Assembly (NCBI GenBank): GCA_965140445.1
Contig: OZ223236.1
Coordinates: 1,152,001 to 1,216,000 of the forward strand
DNA: 64,000 nucleotides
Direction of reading: 5' to 3'
Source of the DNA: Candidatus Ozemobacteraceae bacterium
GTDB lineage: Bacteria > Muiribacteriota > Ozemobacteria > Ozemobacterales > Ozemobacteraceae
Below, in pieces: positions 1 to 10,961 of the stretch (its first letter is position 1; the number at the start of each line of letters is the position of its first letter). Made by a program: the position numbers and the translations under genes. The notes beneath the pieces were generated by a model. That model was not told where the DNA came from, searched no databases, and saw nothing but the letters and a program-made list of their open reading frames with translations.

Positions 1-1
1 A

Positions 2-139
2 GTTTGTGATCGTATTGCACTGCACTTTGGTGGAGAAATTGTGGAAATTGGAACTAAAGAGGAAATAATTAATTCCCCTAATCCTTTTGTTCAGCAATTC
101 ATTAAAGGCGAAGCCCGCGGGCCAATGAACTTGGTATAA
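2..139 (+). CDS. mlaF: ABC transporter ATP-binding protein, C-terminal fragment (MlaF-like), truncated by window edge
   Basis: Manual translation VCDRIALHFGGEIVEIGTKEEIINSPNPFVQQFIKGEARGPMNLV* matches the typical MlaF tail (DRI...G.I...G...E.....NP.VQQF..G...GP); lies directly upstream of an MCE gene. Confidence 0.8.
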   Translation, partial: VCDRIALHFGGEIVEIGTKEEIINSPNPFVQQFIKGEARGPMNLV

Positions 140-158
140 GAGGATACAGGAGAACCAT

Positions 159-1541
159 ATGAACTCAACATTCAAAGTAGGAATTATGACTCTGTGCGCA
201 GCAGCTTTGCTGGGCTATATGGTCTTTGTTATTGGGGATTTTAGCTTTTCTGATCAAGGATACAGATTTGTTATCAGCTTCTTCTCTGTAAACGGATTAA
301 GCAAGGGTTCAAACGTATCTATGTCGGGCGTGAAGATCGGTAAGGTAGAAAAAATTGAGATCAGAGACGACCAGGTTTATGTACATTGTTTCGTTCAGAA
401 TAACAAATACCACGTCAGAAGAAAAAGCACTTATACCATTACAACCGCTGGTTTGATGGGTGAAAAATATGTGGAAATTATGCCAACCCGCGATTATACC
501 TCCCCCTACATTTCAGACGGAGAGGTTGTTCCTGGAACTGATCCAACTCGTATGGATGAAATCTTTGAACAAGGCAATGTCTTGATCCAGAAACTTCAGG
601 AATTAACGGCTTCTGCAAAAGATATTATTGGAGACCCAGAGCTTAAAGATAATACCAGGGCTATGTTCAGAAATGCCCGAGAAGCTTCTGATAAGCTTAA
701 TGAAATTGTTGCTTCTTTAAGATCCAGAAGCGACAGCATTGCAGCTAGTTTGGATAATATCCTTCACAAGGTTGATGTGGAAATAGACAATAGCAAAGAT
801 GATTTGCGAGCCATGATTGCAAATTTCAAATCCTTTAGCGAAAAACTCACCAAAATTACCGGGGATAATCGTGAAAACATTAAGGAAATTGTTCAGAACA
901 TAAAAAGCACAACTGACAGCTTAGATAAGATGATTGAACAACTTAATAAAAACAATAAGATGACTGATGATTTAAGAGCAACAATTGAATCACTTAGAGA
1001 TGCATCTGATAATGCCAAACTAATAACTAAAGAAGTTAAAGAGATTGTTGCCGACAAAGAAATCAGAAGTAAAATCAATACCGGCCTTGATGATGCTCAT
1101 AAGCTTGCTCAGGCTGTTGATAAAGTATTCTTGAATATCAAACAAACCAGAGTCGATTTCAAATATCTTTTGAGATATCACAAGAAACAGGAAAAATTCT
1201 TCTCAGATTTAACTGTTGATCTATATCCAAGTGACTCAACCTTCTACAGGTTTGGTGTGGAAGACATTGGTGGCCAAGATCATTTCAACATGATGGTAGC
1301 CAGAGATGCTGACACTGCACTTGTTAAGAGAGCCGGAATTATTAGCTCAAAAGTTGGTTTGGGTGTGGATTACTATCTTGCCAAGGAGCTTAGCTTAAGC
1401 TTTGATTTCATTGATACTACCGATTCTGAAGTTAGATTTAAAGCTGGTTACGGGATTAATAGTAACGCAAGGCTTGAACTTCGTGTAGACGATATCCTGG
1501 ATAAAAAGGAAGTGAATGTAGGCCTTGAATACAAGTTCTAA
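159..1541 (+). CDS. mlaD: MCE/MlaD family protein with long helical region and C-terminal beta-rich domain
   Basis: N-terminal TM anchor; MCE motifs GL.KGS.V.MSGVKIGKV and GLMGEKYVEI; heptad-rich middle; amphipathic strands ending VNVGLEYKF; RBS AGGAG. Confidence 0.9.
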   Translation: MNSTFKVGIMTLCAAALLGYMVFVIGDFSFSDQGYRFVISFFSVNGLSKGSNVSMSGVKIGKVEKIEIRDDQVYVHCFVQNNKYHVRRKSTYTITTAGLMGEKYVEIMPTRDYTSPYISDGEVVPGTDPTRMDEIFEQGNVLIQKLQELTASAKDIIGDPELKDNTRAMFRNAREASDKLNEIVASLRSRSDSIAASLDNILHKVDVEIDNSKDDLRAMIANFKSFSEKLTKITGDNRENIKEIVQNIKSTTDSLDKMIEQLNKNNKMTDDLRATIESLRDASDNAKLITKEVKEIVADKEIRSKINTGLDDAHKLAQAVDKVFLNIKQTRVDFKYLLRYHKKQEKFFSDLTVDLYPSDSTFYRFGVEDIGGQDHFNMMVARDADTALVKRAGIISSKVGLGVDYYLAKELSLSFDFIDTTDSEVRFKAGYGINSNARLELRVDDILDKKEVNVGLEYKF

Positions 1542-2610
1542 TCTTGGTAGCTGGCTAGCCAGCTCAAATAGCAGAACTGGTGGTGGATTAAAGGTTCACT
1601 ACCCAGTTCAGCAGAAACCAAAAATCCTGTTGGTAACAACTGGAGGAACGATAACCATGCTTCGTGGAGAAGATGGGAGTCTTATACCCTGCAAAGACGC
1701 TGATGGCTTAATCGAAAGAATTCCAGAGCTGGAAGCACTTGCAGATATAGACATTCTTTCGCTTGCCAACGTGGATTCGAGTAATCTTCAACCTGAGCTT
1801 TGGGTAAATCTTGGGCAAGCTATTTACAAAAGAATGGCTGCTTATGATGGCTTTGTGGTGACGCATGGTACTGATACTCTATGCTACACGTCCGCAGCTT
1901 TATCATTCATTTTACAGGAGCTTAACAAACCTGTTGTTCTGACGGGGTCGCAGGTTCCGCTGGAAGAAATTGGTTCTGACGGCCGAAGTAATCTGATTAA
2001 TGCTTTCAGGGTGGCTATTTCTGATATTGCTGAAGTTGCTGTGGTATTTGGGTCAATGATTATAAGAGGGACTAGAGCCAAAAAAACATCGGTTTTTGAT
2101 TTGCAGGCTTTTACCTCTGTCAATGATAACCCTCTGGGAACCATTGGCTTATCAATAAAGTTTAGCCCTTTCGCCAGACGAAGAAGCAGAAAAAAGCCTC
2201 TAATCAGAGCTTTTTTGAATGAAAATGTTGCAATGGTCCCTATTTATCCAGGTTTTAAGCCTGAAACGCTTAATTACTTAGCAGAAACTCACGATGGAAT
2301 TATTCTGGAAGGTTACGGAGCAGGAAATATTCCAAACGAGAAAAATTCACTGATTCCGGCAATAAAAGCTGCAACAGAAAAAAATGTGCCTGTTGTTGTT
2401 TGTACCCAATGTATTGTTGGATCAACTGAAATGGAACTTTATCAGGTTGGAAGAGCGGCGTTAGAAGCTGGTGCTATTCCGGCAATGGATATGACTCCTG
2501 AAACATCCCTGGTTAAGCTTATGTGGGTTCTCGGACAGACAGATGAGCTTGGCGTTATTGATTCAATGATGCAAAAGTCTTTTGTTGGTGAGTTGCACGA
2601 GGTTAGTTAA
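1525..2610 (+). CDS. ansA: Type I (cytoplasmic) L-asparaginase
   Basis: TGGTI and THGTDT catalytic motifs, NVDSSN, KPVVLTGSQ, GIILEGYGAGN; start codon uncertain (TTG overlapping mlaD). Confidence 0.9.
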   Translation: MNTSSNLGSWLASSNSRTGGGLKVHYPVQQKPKILLVTTGGTITMLRGEDGSLIPCKDADGLIERIPELEALADIDILSLANVDSSNLQPELWVNLGQAIYKRMAAYDGFVVTHGTDTLCYTSAALSFILQELNKPVVLTGSQVPLEEIGSDGRSNLINAFRVAISDIAEVAVVFGSMIIRGTRAKKTSVFDLQAFTSVNDNPLGTIGLSIKFSPFARRRSRKKPLIRAFLNENVAMVPIYPGFKPETLNYLAETHDGIILEGYGAGNIPNEKNSLIPAIKAATEKNVPVVVCTQCIVGSTEMELYQVGRAALEAGAIPAMDMTPETSLVKLMWVLGQTDELGVIDSMMQKSFVGELHEVS

Positions 2611-4080
2611 TTGAAAAAATGCGGAGAATGTGGGGAAAGAAGCATTGTGAGAACAGGCTTCTGCGTGGTTTGCGGTTCAAAACTTGAGTTTGCAGCCAAT
2701 AGTCGAAGAGCCAGAAGGCTCTTTTTCCTTACCCCATTTTTTATCGTCGCATTTTTTGCTTTTTTATTACTTGAATTGTCTGACAGTATTGGTTTTAATC
2801 TTGGAATAATCATCGGTGGAAACTTTGCTGTTTTATATCTTCTTGCTGGAACCATATTCTGGTTGGTTGCAAAAATAGCTAAGATAAGCGTGAGCTCTGA
2901 TTCTAAATGGAGAGTTGGCTTATTTACAGTTTCTCAGCTTATTCTCACTGGCTTAATGGCAATTTTGCTTGAGGATAAAGTTTTGCAAAGTTCAAACCAT
3001 TCTTTTTCCATAAGTGAATATGCCAGCCTAAAATGGCAAATCATATTAATGGCTTATCTGCCTGCTTTATTTACTGCTTATTTCACGCTATTCGCAAGAA
3101 AGACAAGATTTCGCCTGGAGACAAACCTGCCCGGAAGCAGATTTTATAAGATGTCCAGGTTTTTGATTTTCAACTCTTTGTTGTTGATGACTCTCGCTTC
3201 TTTTTTGTTATCGTCAATGATTTTTTTATTCAGCAGTCCCCAAAGAAGAGCGCTCTTAAAGGCCAGGGTCCTTAGTGATATCGGAGCAAATAAGGATGCT
3301 GAAAAAGCTATCGATACTGCTTTCTCTCTGGGTGAGCCTGACCCGGACCTCCTTTTTTTCAAAAGCGGGTTGGAGTTGGCAAAAATTGCTGAAAATAAAT
3401 CCAGTGTTGAATTAGCTTTAAAATTTTTAAATCAGGCTTTGGCCAAAGAACCAGAAAATACCTTGTTTTTACTTCGGCTAAGCACCGCTTATGAGTTGTC
3501 AGGAGATATCGAGAAAGCAGTTGAAGTTGCCTCAAATGCCGCTTTTATTGGTAAAACCGACTATATTTTATGGCAAAATCTTGGAGATTTGCAGTTAAAA
3601 GACCAGGATTTGGACGGAGCCGTACTTTCTTACAAAATGGCCCTCAAAAACTTTCCAGATAATCCAAGTTTGTTAAATAATTTGGCTTATACACTTCTTG
3701 AGCAGGGAAAGGAATTGCCTTTGGCTCTTGAGTTGGCAAGAAAATCAGTGGAAATTAGACCTGGAGCTGTTTACAACCTCGATACTCTGGCATGGGCTCT
3801 TTATAAAAATGGGCGTTTAAATGAATCCTTAGAAATTCTGAGTAAAATTTTTCAGGGTAGAACTGAAGTCAGTCCAGAGGTTGATTTCCATTATGCCGCC
3901 GTTTTATATGACCTCAAAATGCTTAAAGAGCCACTGGCAACCTTTAAGAAAATGCTTTCAAAACCCGAAGTAATTAATGATTACACTCTTTTTAAACAGA
4001 TCGATTTAAAGCTGAAAGAAGTGGAAAGCGATATGCAACAGAAAACAGATGGAAAAGAAAAGGGAGAAGGGAAAAAATGA
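2611..4080 (+). CDS. Membrane protein: N-terminal zinc ribbon, about 5 TM helices, C-terminal TPRs
   Basis: CxxC-x9-CxxC at N-terminus; hydrophobic segments; TPR motifs LLNNLAY and LDTLAWALYKNG. Confidence 0.75.
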   Translation: MKKCGECGERSIVRTGFCVVCGSKLEFAANSRRARRLFFLTPFFIVAFFAFLLLELSDSIGFNLGIIIGGNFAVLYLLAGTIFWLVAKIAKISVSSDSKWRVGLFTVSQLILTGLMAILLEDKVLQSSNHSFSISEYASLKWQIILMAYLPALFTAYFTLFARKTRFRLETNLPGSRFYKMSRFLIFNSLLLMTLASFLLSSMIFLFSSPQRRALLKARVLSDIGANKDAEKAIDTAFSLGEPDPDLLFFKSGLELAKIAENKSSVELALKFLNQALAKEPENTLFLLRLSTAYELSGDIEKAVEVASNAAFIGKTDYILWQNLGDLQLKDQDLDGAVLSYKMALKNFPDNPSLLNNLAYTLLEQGKELPLALELARKSVEIRPGAVYNLDTLAWALYKNGRLNESLEILSKIFQGRTEVSPEVDFHYAAVLYDLKMLKEPLATFKKMLSKPEVINDYTLFKQIDLKLKEVESDMQQKTDGKEKGEGKK

Positions 4081-5372
4081 TTCTAAACAGAAGCTTTGCT
4101 CGGCTAACCTTTAAAACCTTTTTGCTGGTAAGTTTGTTTTCTCTGATTTTCTCAAGTCAGGTTTTAGCTGTTTTGCATATCGATACCAGCTATACGGGTA
4201 AGTTCAGAAATACCGCTGAATTTGCCAAAATAATGGCTGACTTGCCCTTTGTTTATCAGGAAGCTTTTCAGAAGATTCAAAAATCGCTCGGAATTCCTGT
4301 TAGAGAACAGATGTATGTAATTGTTATGTTCTCTGATCACTTGACCTATAACGGATTTAGGCTAAGGGGAAAGAGACAGTCAATTCGAACTGCCAATCGT
4401 GCCATGATTCATTACATACATTTAGATCTTGAGTTTTTAATTTCTGGCCAGGCAACACTGTTAGAAGAACTGACCCACGAGATGACTCATGCCGTCATGG
4501 CTGATTCAATGGGGCTTGCTCAATATGATCGTTTACCCATGTGGGTTAAAGAGGGAACTGCTGTTCACACCGCCGATCAGGGGTTGGCACGAATTAAAGC
4601 CCTAACTAGAAAAGGGTTCGACATTAACAAGATTGGAAGTGAAGATGAAAATGTTGACGGTAATCCAATCTCGTTAGACAAGTATGTTGAGAATTACCTG
4701 AAAATAAGATTTTTGTTAAAAACATTTGGCAGTAATGCTTTACATCGATTTGTTAAAAGGCTGATGAAATCTGGAAATGTTCAGTTAGAGTTAAGTGTTT
4801 GTTTCAATGGCCTGACAGAAGAAGTTATGAATCAGTATTCGCAGGATTTTATAAAGCGAACTTTGATAGATAATAGTCGACCAATACAGGCAAAAGAAAA
4901 TCTCTATCGCGGTATAAAGTTTTTTGACGAAGGCGAATATCTTTCATCAAGAATAGCTTTGGCGGATGCTATTTATGGAGGTCTGTCTGACTCTGAATTT
5001 CAAAAAGCTGCATTTCTTCTTGCCGAATGCTACATTCAGGAAAGAAACCCTCAAGGTGCACTAAATCTACTAAAACAGATTCACCCAGATCCAGCTAACG
5101 TTCCAATGGATAGATATCAGTTTTTAAGCGCATATTCAGAATATGCTATGGGCTTGTGTACCAAAGCCTATTTTGGTTTTAAAACTGCTTTCGAAACTTC
5201 TAAAAACCAGGCCGTCCAAGAGGGTTCACTCTATTACATTATAAGAATCCTTGTTGAACTAAGAAATCAGCCAGAAGCATCCAGAGTACTTGGCCTGCTA
5301 AAGCAAAAATTTCCAAAAAGCGGCTATGTTGAGCTTGCCGGAAGAGTTTTAGCTCAAAGTGTAAGACCTTAA
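4077..5372 (+). CDS. Secreted zincin-type metallopeptidase (HExxH) with C-terminal TPRs
   Basis: Signal peptide; THEMTH plus downstream P.W..EGTA (gluzincin third ligand); TPR tail LKQKFPKS; ATGA overlap with upstream gene. Confidence 0.7.
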   Translation: MILNRSFARLTFKTFLLVSLFSLIFSSQVLAVLHIDTSYTGKFRNTAEFAKIMADLPFVYQEAFQKIQKSLGIPVREQMYVIVMFSDHLTYNGFRLRGKRQSIRTANRAMIHYIHLDLEFLISGQATLLEELTHEMTHAVMADSMGLAQYDRLPMWVKEGTAVHTADQGLARIKALTRKGFDINKIGSEDENVDGNPISLDKYVENYLKIRFLLKTFGSNALHRFVKRLMKSGNVQLELSVCFNGLTEEVMNQYSQDFIKRTLIDNSRPIQAKENLYRGIKFFDEGEYLSSRIALADAIYGGLSDSEFQKAAFLLAECYIQERNPQGALNLLKQIHPDPANVPMDRYQFLSAYSEYAMGLCTKAYFGFKTAFETSKNQAVQEGSLYYIIRILVELRNQPEASRVLGLLKQKFPKSGYVELAGRVLAQSVRP

Positions 5373-5497
5373 ATTCTGTCGCTATTAAACAAGAACCTGC
5401 TGTTGCAATTAGTATTTCTGGCAATTCTGTATTATAAATCCAATTATCAAATAGCTGATTTTATGCCTATTTCAAATTGCCTTAAAGTTGTTTAAGA

Positions 5498-5527
5498 TTG
5501 ACACTTTCTTTCCTCCCATGTTACTTT
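5498..5527 (+). promoter_or_regulatory. Putative sigma70 promoter of punA-prfA-prmC-tsaC
   Basis: TTGACA at 5498-5503, then TG-T-TACTTT (extended -10) at 5519-5527. Confidence 0.45.
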
Positions 5528-5583
5528 TTTCCGTTGAAAAAGCTATTTGTGACCAGATTTATGGTTAATTTATTTTAAAGGTA

Positions 5584-6405
5584 ATGATTATGAAAACAAA
5601 GATTCTTGAAGCAGCTGCCTTCATTAAACAAAAAACGGAAATGCGTCCTACAGTAGCTATGGTTCTGGGTTCTGGGCTAGGCAAATTTGCTGAAGAACTT
5701 GAGTCCCCTGTAGCAATTCCATATTCAGAAATTCCACATTTTCCAGTCTCAACTGTGGTCGGTCATGCCGGTCAGCTGGTAATCGGAAAATCAGGTGGAA
5801 AGGTTGTTATCGCAATGCAGGGACGCTTTCACTACTATGAAGGCTACTCAATGAAGGATATCACCTTCCCAATGAGAGTTATGCTTGAAGTTGGCGTTGA
5901 AGATTTGATCATTACAAATGCTTCAGGTGGATTAAATAGAAATTATAAAGTTGGCGATCTGATGATAATGACAGATCATATTAATTTTATGGGTGGCAAT
6001 CCTCTGATTGGCACAAATGACGACAGCATGGGAACAAGATTCCCTCCAATGCAAGGCGCTTATACTCCAGCTCTTGTGGAAGAAGCCATGAAAATTGGTC
6101 GCGAAATCGGAGCTCCTGTTCAGCGCGGCGTATATGTTGCTGTTACTGGCCCAAATTATGAAACTGCAGCAGAATTGAGAATGCTCAAAATCTGGGGTGC
6201 AGATACTGTTGGAATGTCAACTGTTCCAGAAGTTATTGTTGCTGTTCACGGTGGAATTAAAAGAGTTCTTGGCATTAGCTGCGTAACTGATATGGCTACC
6301 GGCGAAGGTTATGAAGATGTAAACCATGAAGAAGTAATTCAAGTTGCCGCAGCAGCTCAACCTTACTTTTTGGAGCTTCTTAGAAGAATGCTTGAAAGGC
6401 TATAA
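5584..6405 (+). CDS. punA: Purine nucleoside phosphorylase (trimeric type)
   Basis: [41 protein letters not shown] motifs. Confidence 0.95.
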   Translation: MIMKTKILEAAAFIKQKTEMRPTVAMVLGSGLGKFAEELESPVAIPYSEIPHFPVSTVVGHAGQLVIGKSGGKVVIAMQGRFHYYEGYSMKDITFPMRVMLEVGVEDLIITNASGGLNRNYKVGDLMIMTDHINFMGGNPLIGTNDDSMGTRFPPMQGAYTPALVEEAMKIGREIGAPVQRGVYVAVTGPNYETAAELRMLKIWGADTVGMSTVPEVIVAVHGGIKRVLGISCVTDMATGEGYEDVNHEEVIQVAAAAQPYFLELLRRMLERL

Positions 6406-6410
6406 TCTCG

Positions 6411-7487
6411 ATGCTTGAAAAACTTGAATCGGTCAAGGAACACTTTAAGGAACTTACAGAAAAGCTTTCTGACCCGGCCACGATTTCAAATACTTCAGAA
6501 TTCCAGCGCATTGCGAAAAAGCGATCTGAGCTGGAACCTGTAGTTAACGCATACAACGAATTTAAGCAAATGCTTGATAGCTTTGAAGGCGCAAAGCAGA
6601 TGCTGGAAACTGAAAAAGATCCTGAAATGCGTGAAATGGCTGAGATGGAGCTTGAGGAATTAAAACCACAGCTTCAAAAAATGGAAGATAGTCTGAAATT
6701 CCTCCTTTTGCCAAAAGATAAAGACGACGGAAAGAATACTATTTTTGAAATTCGTGCGGGAACGGGCGGTGATGAAGCTGCTCTTTTTGCATCGGATTTG
6801 TATCGAATGTACTCCAGATACGCTGAAAGGCAAGGATGGAAGTGCGAACTCATGGAAATGAGTGAAACAGGAATCGGCGGAATAAAAGAAGTTGTTTTTT
6901 CTGTCCAGGGCACAGGTGCTTTTGGACGATTAAAGTTTGAAAGCGGAGTTCATAGAGTTCAGAGAGTGCCTCAAACCGAGGCTTCTGGACGAGTTCACAC
7001 TTCTGCAGCCACTGTTGCTGTTCTTCCTGAAGCTGAAGATGTTGACGTTGTAATGGATGAAAATGAGCTTAAAATAGATGTTTTTCGCTCCTCTGGTCCT
7101 GGAGGTCAAAGTGTTAATACTACAGACTCAGCGGTCAGAATTACTCACATTCCAACTGGTATAGTAGTTAGTTGTCAGGACGAAAAGAGTCAGCATAAAA
7201 ATAAAGCAAAGGCCATGCGAATTTTAAAAGCAAGATTGCTTGATAATGCCAGGTTAGTAGCTGATAAGGATCGCGCAGCCAACAGAAAAAGCCAGATTGG
7301 TAGCGGAGATCGCTCTGAAAGAATTAGAACTTACAATTTCCCTCAACAGCGATTAACAGACCACAGGATTGGCTTAACTCTTTACAGGCTGTCTGAAGTT
7401 ATTGACGGTGATTTGGATGAGATTATCTCTAGCTTGATTGAAGCTGACAATTTGCAGAAATTGGCTGCCGAGCAGCATGGGGCATAA
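6411..7487 (+). CDS. prfA: Peptide chain release factor 1
   Basis: GGQ motif ([17 protein letters not shown]), PxT motif (VPQTE), [11 protein letters not shown]; followed by prmC. Confidence 0.98.
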   Translation: MLEKLESVKEHFKELTEKLSDPATISNTSEFQRIAKKRSELEPVVNAYNEFKQMLDSFEGAKQMLETEKDPEMREMAEMELEELKPQLQKMEDSLKFLLLPKDKDDGKNTIFEIRAGTGGDEAALFASDLYRMYSRYAERQGWKCELMEMSETGIGGIKEVVFSVQGTGAFGRLKFESGVHRVQRVPQTEASGRVHTSAATVAVLPEAEDVDVVMDENELKIDVFRSSGPGGQSVNTTDSAVRITHIPTGIVVSCQDEKSQHKNKAKAMRILKARLLDNARLVADKDRAANRKSQIGSGDRSERIRTYNFPQQRLTDHRIGLTLYRLSEVIDGDLDEIISSLIEADNLQKLAAEQHGA

Positions 7488-7499
7488 TTTGAGATATTT

Positions 7500-8351
7500 A
7501 TGCTGATTAAAGAGATTTTAAACTCAGCAAAAGAACAATTAGAAAAGGCCGGGGTTGATAGCCCCGGCCTTGATTCTGAATATCTGGCTGCATTTGTTTT
7601 AAATATTTCCAGATCTCAACTTCCTCTAATGTGGAGAGAACAAGCTAAAGAACCTTTTATTAAAAGATTCTCAGGATTACTTGAAAGAAGGATTGCGCGA
7701 GAACCTCTCCAATATATTCTTAGCAGTTGGGGATTTATGGATTTTGATATTTCTGTTGGCCCTGGAGTTCTCATACCACGACCTGAAACTGAAGAACTGG
7801 TAGAAAAAGTGACCAGTATCTTAAAGCAAAAGGGCTATTCCCGTTTTAAATTTGCCGACATAGGCACCGGACCGGGAACGATTGGAATAGCAATCTCCAA
7901 ATGCTTCCCGGAGTCATTTGGAATACTCTCGGACATTAGCTTTGAGGCGTTGAAGTTTGCTCAGAAAAATGCAGAAGACTGTAAAGTCGGAAAACGAGTT
8001 GCAATACTTCAGCAAGGACTTTTGGGGGCATTGGTTGCTAATGAATTTGATCTGATAATTTCCAATCCTCCATATATTGATACCGCAGAAATGCCTGATC
8101 TGATGCCGGAAGTAAGAGATTACGAACCCTGGTTGGCTTTGGATGGTGGAATTGCCGGTCTTGAGTTGATTCATAAACTTATTCCTCAGGCTGAAAAAAG
8201 CCTTAAAAGCAATGGAATTCTGGCAATAGAGCATGGGCATGGACAAAGAAGCGATATTGTAAAATTTGCATCTGATTTTAGTTTTAAAATTTTAGTCGAA
8301 GGAACAGATCTGTTTAAAAATGAAAGATATTTAATTTGGGAAAAATTATAG
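7500..8351 (+). CDS. prmC: Release factor glutamine methyltransferase
   Basis: EPLQYIL, VLIPRPETE, DIGTGPG, SNPPY, ALDGG motifs; adjacent to prfA. Confidence 0.95.
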   Translation: MLIKEILNSAKEQLEKAGVDSPGLDSEYLAAFVLNISRSQLPLMWREQAKEPFIKRFSGLLERRIAREPLQYILSSWGFMDFDISVGPGVLIPRPETEELVEKVTSILKQKGYSRFKFADIGTGPGTIGIAISKCFPESFGILSDISFEALKFAQKNAEDCKVGKRVAILQQGLLGALVANEFDLIISNPPYIDTAEMPDLMPEVRDYEPWLALDGGIAGLELIHKLIPQAEKSLKSNGILAIEHGHGQRSDIVKFASDFSFKILVEGTDLFKNERYLIWEKL

Positions 8352-8354
8352 ATC

Positions 8355-8984
8355 ATGAAACGAGTTAAAATTGATTCTTTACTAAATGATAAAACTCTAT
8401 TTTTGGAATTTAATTCCAGTATGGCAAACGGTGCTGTAGCAATCCTTCCAACTGATACACTTTATGGATTTGCAGCTGATTCGTCCTCAAAGGATGCGGT
8501 AAGAAAGATTTATGAAATAAAAGGAAGGGACGAGCAAAAACCCTTTATTTTATTTATGGATAAAATGGAAAGAATTAAGGAAATTAATCTTCAGTTCCCC
8601 GAAGTTTGGGTTCCAGGATTGCTTGAAATTTGGCCTGGAGCGCTTACAGCTATTGTTGATATTAAGAAAAAATGCGATGACTTAAAAGCGTTTGATTTTT
8701 CCTCAATCGGCGTAAGAATTCCAGACCACCAGAAGCTCCTTTCCTTATTAGGCATATATAGCGGTTTTTTTCTTACTACCAGTGCAAATAGATCTGATCA
8801 GGGCAATATCTTCAATCCGGATGAGCTTCAAAAAGAATTTGAATCTGAAGTTGATTGGCTTATTGATGACGGAGTTCTAAAAAATAGTAAAGCATCAACT
8901 GTAGTTCGTTTATTGCCTGATTCAGCTCAAGTTTTGCGACAGGGAGCTGTTGAATTTAATGTAAATTTGCCGCAATTGCTTTGA
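8355..8984 (+). CDS. tsaC: L-threonylcarbamoyladenylate synthase (TsaC/YrdC)
   Basis: PTDTLYG, KGR...KP, WPGALT, GVRIPDH, TTSANRS, ASTVV, LRQGAV. Confidence 0.92.
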   Translation: MKRVKIDSLLNDKTLFLEFNSSMANGAVAILPTDTLYGFAADSSSKDAVRKIYEIKGRDEQKPFILFMDKMERIKEINLQFPEVWVPGLLEIWPGALTAIVDIKKKCDDLKAFDFSSIGVRIPDHQKLLSLLGIYSGFFLTTSANRSDQGNIFNPDELQKEFESEVDWLIDDGVLKNSKASTVVRLLPDSAQVLRQGAVEFNVNLPQLL

Positions 8985-9091
8985 ATTGCTTTTCAAATTG
9001 CCGATTCTAGTCTATGAGCAAAAGTTTTGCTGAAAAAAAAAACCACCATGTGGTAAAATTGGAAATCTAATCTGCCTCTCTTCTGTTTAAA

Positions 9092-10885
9092 ATGAAAAAA
9101 AGAATACCTCTTCAATTAAAACTTATGGTTCTGATGCTGGTTTTGTTGCTAATACCTGTATTAGCAGTTAACTACATATTTAGCGTGTCCAAAGACAAGG
9201 TTTTCCAAACCAGAAATGTAATCACTGGAACCAGGAATCTTGCTTTACAGCTACAGGAGCTACCAAAAACTCTTGCCTTGGAAGAGGGAATTCTCAATGG
9301 CGGAGATATGGACTTGATTATTGCTCAAAAAGAAGAGGAGCTAAATCGTGCCAATGAGGCCCTAAAAGAATCTGAAGATGCTGGTGCAGATGCAGAGGGT
9401 TCAAACGAGGATGTAGCCCCCGAAACTGATTCGACTGATGATAAAACAGAAACCGGCACTGAAGCTGAGATAAAAAGTGATGATAATACAGAAACCGTTG
9501 ACTCAGAAAATCTTGATGCAGCCCAGGAAGAGGCTGTGGTTGAGGGAGATGAAAATGCTTCTGCAACTGTTGTTAAACGGCTGAAGCTTACTCCGGCTCA
9601 AATTGAGGCAATTAGAAAAAAAGAAAAGAGAAAAGCCCAGGAAGAACTGGATATGAAAATCCAGAATTCTCAGATTCTTGATGATTTTATTGAGGCTAAA
9701 CAAAAGGAACTTGATAGTCTTGACGAAGGGCTTAAAGACTTGGAAACTTTTGCTGATGTTTTTTACTTCGGAACCATTATTTTTGTTCCTTTTTCTCTAG
9801 TTTTGCTCTGGTTTGTGATTAATCAGCTCTCAATTCCTGTAAGAGAAGTCGTGGAAAAATTGAGAAGCTTTCAGAATGAGGATCCAGAACAGTCCAAAGC
9901 TGATATGCTTGAGTGCGCAATCTCATTTGATTCTTTTTTACAGACAGCAAAAACTATTTTGACTGAGACTTATTCTATAGCTCAAGAGCTGAATCGAAAG
10001 CTTGAACCTTTAACTGGAATGGCTGTTTTCTCTGATGATAATGTAAGTCAGTTCTTTACAGATGTGCAGGAAATTTCCAGAAGTTCAAATTATATTGCTA
10101 ATACTCTCGATATAACTACCTCTAGCATTCAGGAAGTCTCGACTTCTGCTCAGACTATTGCTGACAGATCTCAGGAAGCCGCTCAAGATGCTGCTGAGGC
10201 TTCTTCTATTGCAACTGAAGGTAGAAATGCGGTTTCAGAAACTATCGACACTATGGAGCAGATTAAAGACGAAGTTCTTGGCCTGGAAGACGTTATTGAA
10301 AATCTTAACTCTGCAGGTAAAGAAATCGGTGAAATCGTAAATACTATTACCAATATTGCATATCAGACTAACCTTCTTGCTCTCAATGCCGCCATTGAGG
10401 CCGCAAGAGCCGGAGAGCATGGACAGGGATTCAACGTTGTTGCCGGCGAGGTTAGAAAGTTGGCTGAAGAATCTGGAGAAGCGGCTGAGGATATCGGTAA
10501 AAAGATTAAAGAAATGCTTTTAAAAACCGGAAAAGCTGTTGAGACTATTAACCGTGGTGCCGAGAAGGTTATTGACGGGGTTAACATTGCTAATGTGGCC
10601 GGTAACAATCTTGATTCAATTGTTAGCTCGGTAAACAACGTTAATAAAATGATTCAAGAGATCAGTAAAGCCTCTTCTGAACAATCAGAAAACATTGATT
10701 CTTTGCGTGGAAGTATCGAATCGATAACTGGTGCAACCAAGATAACCTCAGAGGGAACCAAGCGTGTTGCTACTGCTGTAAATGAACAACTATCTCACAT
10801 CAGACAGTATATTTCGGTTACCAAAGAACTTTTAACTTTGGTTCAGCTTATGAGTGATATGTTGGATAAATTTAACCTGCATTAA
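9092..10885 (+). CDS. Methyl-accepting chemotaxis protein
   Basis: Two TM segments; signalling hairpin [38 protein letters not shown]. Confidence 0.93.
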   Translation: MKKRIPLQLKLMVLMLVLLLIPVLAVNYIFSVSKDKVFQTRNVITGTRNLALQLQELPKTLALEEGILNGGDMDLIIAQKEEELNRANEALKESEDAGADAEGSNEDVAPETDSTDDKTETGTEAEIKSDDNTETVDSENLDAAQEEAVVEGDENASATVVKRLKLTPAQIEAIRKKEKRKAQEELDMKIQNSQILDDFIEAKQKELDSLDEGLKDLETFADVFYFGTIIFVPFSLVLLWFVINQLSIPVREVVEKLRSFQNEDPEQSKADMLECAISFDSFLQTAKTILTETYSIAQELNRKLEPLTGMAVFSDDNVSQFFTDVQEISRSSNYIANTLDITTSSIQEVSTSAQTIADRSQEAAQDAAEASSIATEGRNAVSETIDTMEQIKDEVLGLEDVIENLNSAGKEIGEIVNTITNIAYQTNLLALNAAIEAARAGEHGQGFNVVAGEVRKLAEESGEAAEDIGKKIKEMLLKTGKAVETINRGAEKVIDGVNIANVAGNNLDSIVSSVNNVNKMIQEISKASSEQSENIDSLRGSIESITGATKITSEGTKRVATAVNEQLSHIRQYISVTKELLTLVQLMSDMLDKFNLH

Positions 10886-10912
10886 GTTTATTTTTTACTT
10901 TTTTTAAATATT

Positions 10913-10940
10913 TCAATTTCTTCCCCTTCCTTGCCGATGT
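10913..10940 (+). promoter_or_regulatory. Possible sigma28-type promoter upstream of rlmN
   Basis: TCAA-N16-GCCGATGT versus consensus TAAA-N15/16-GCCGATAA. Confidence 0.35.
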
Positions 10941-10961
10941 ATTGACAGAAGGGGGGGACTC

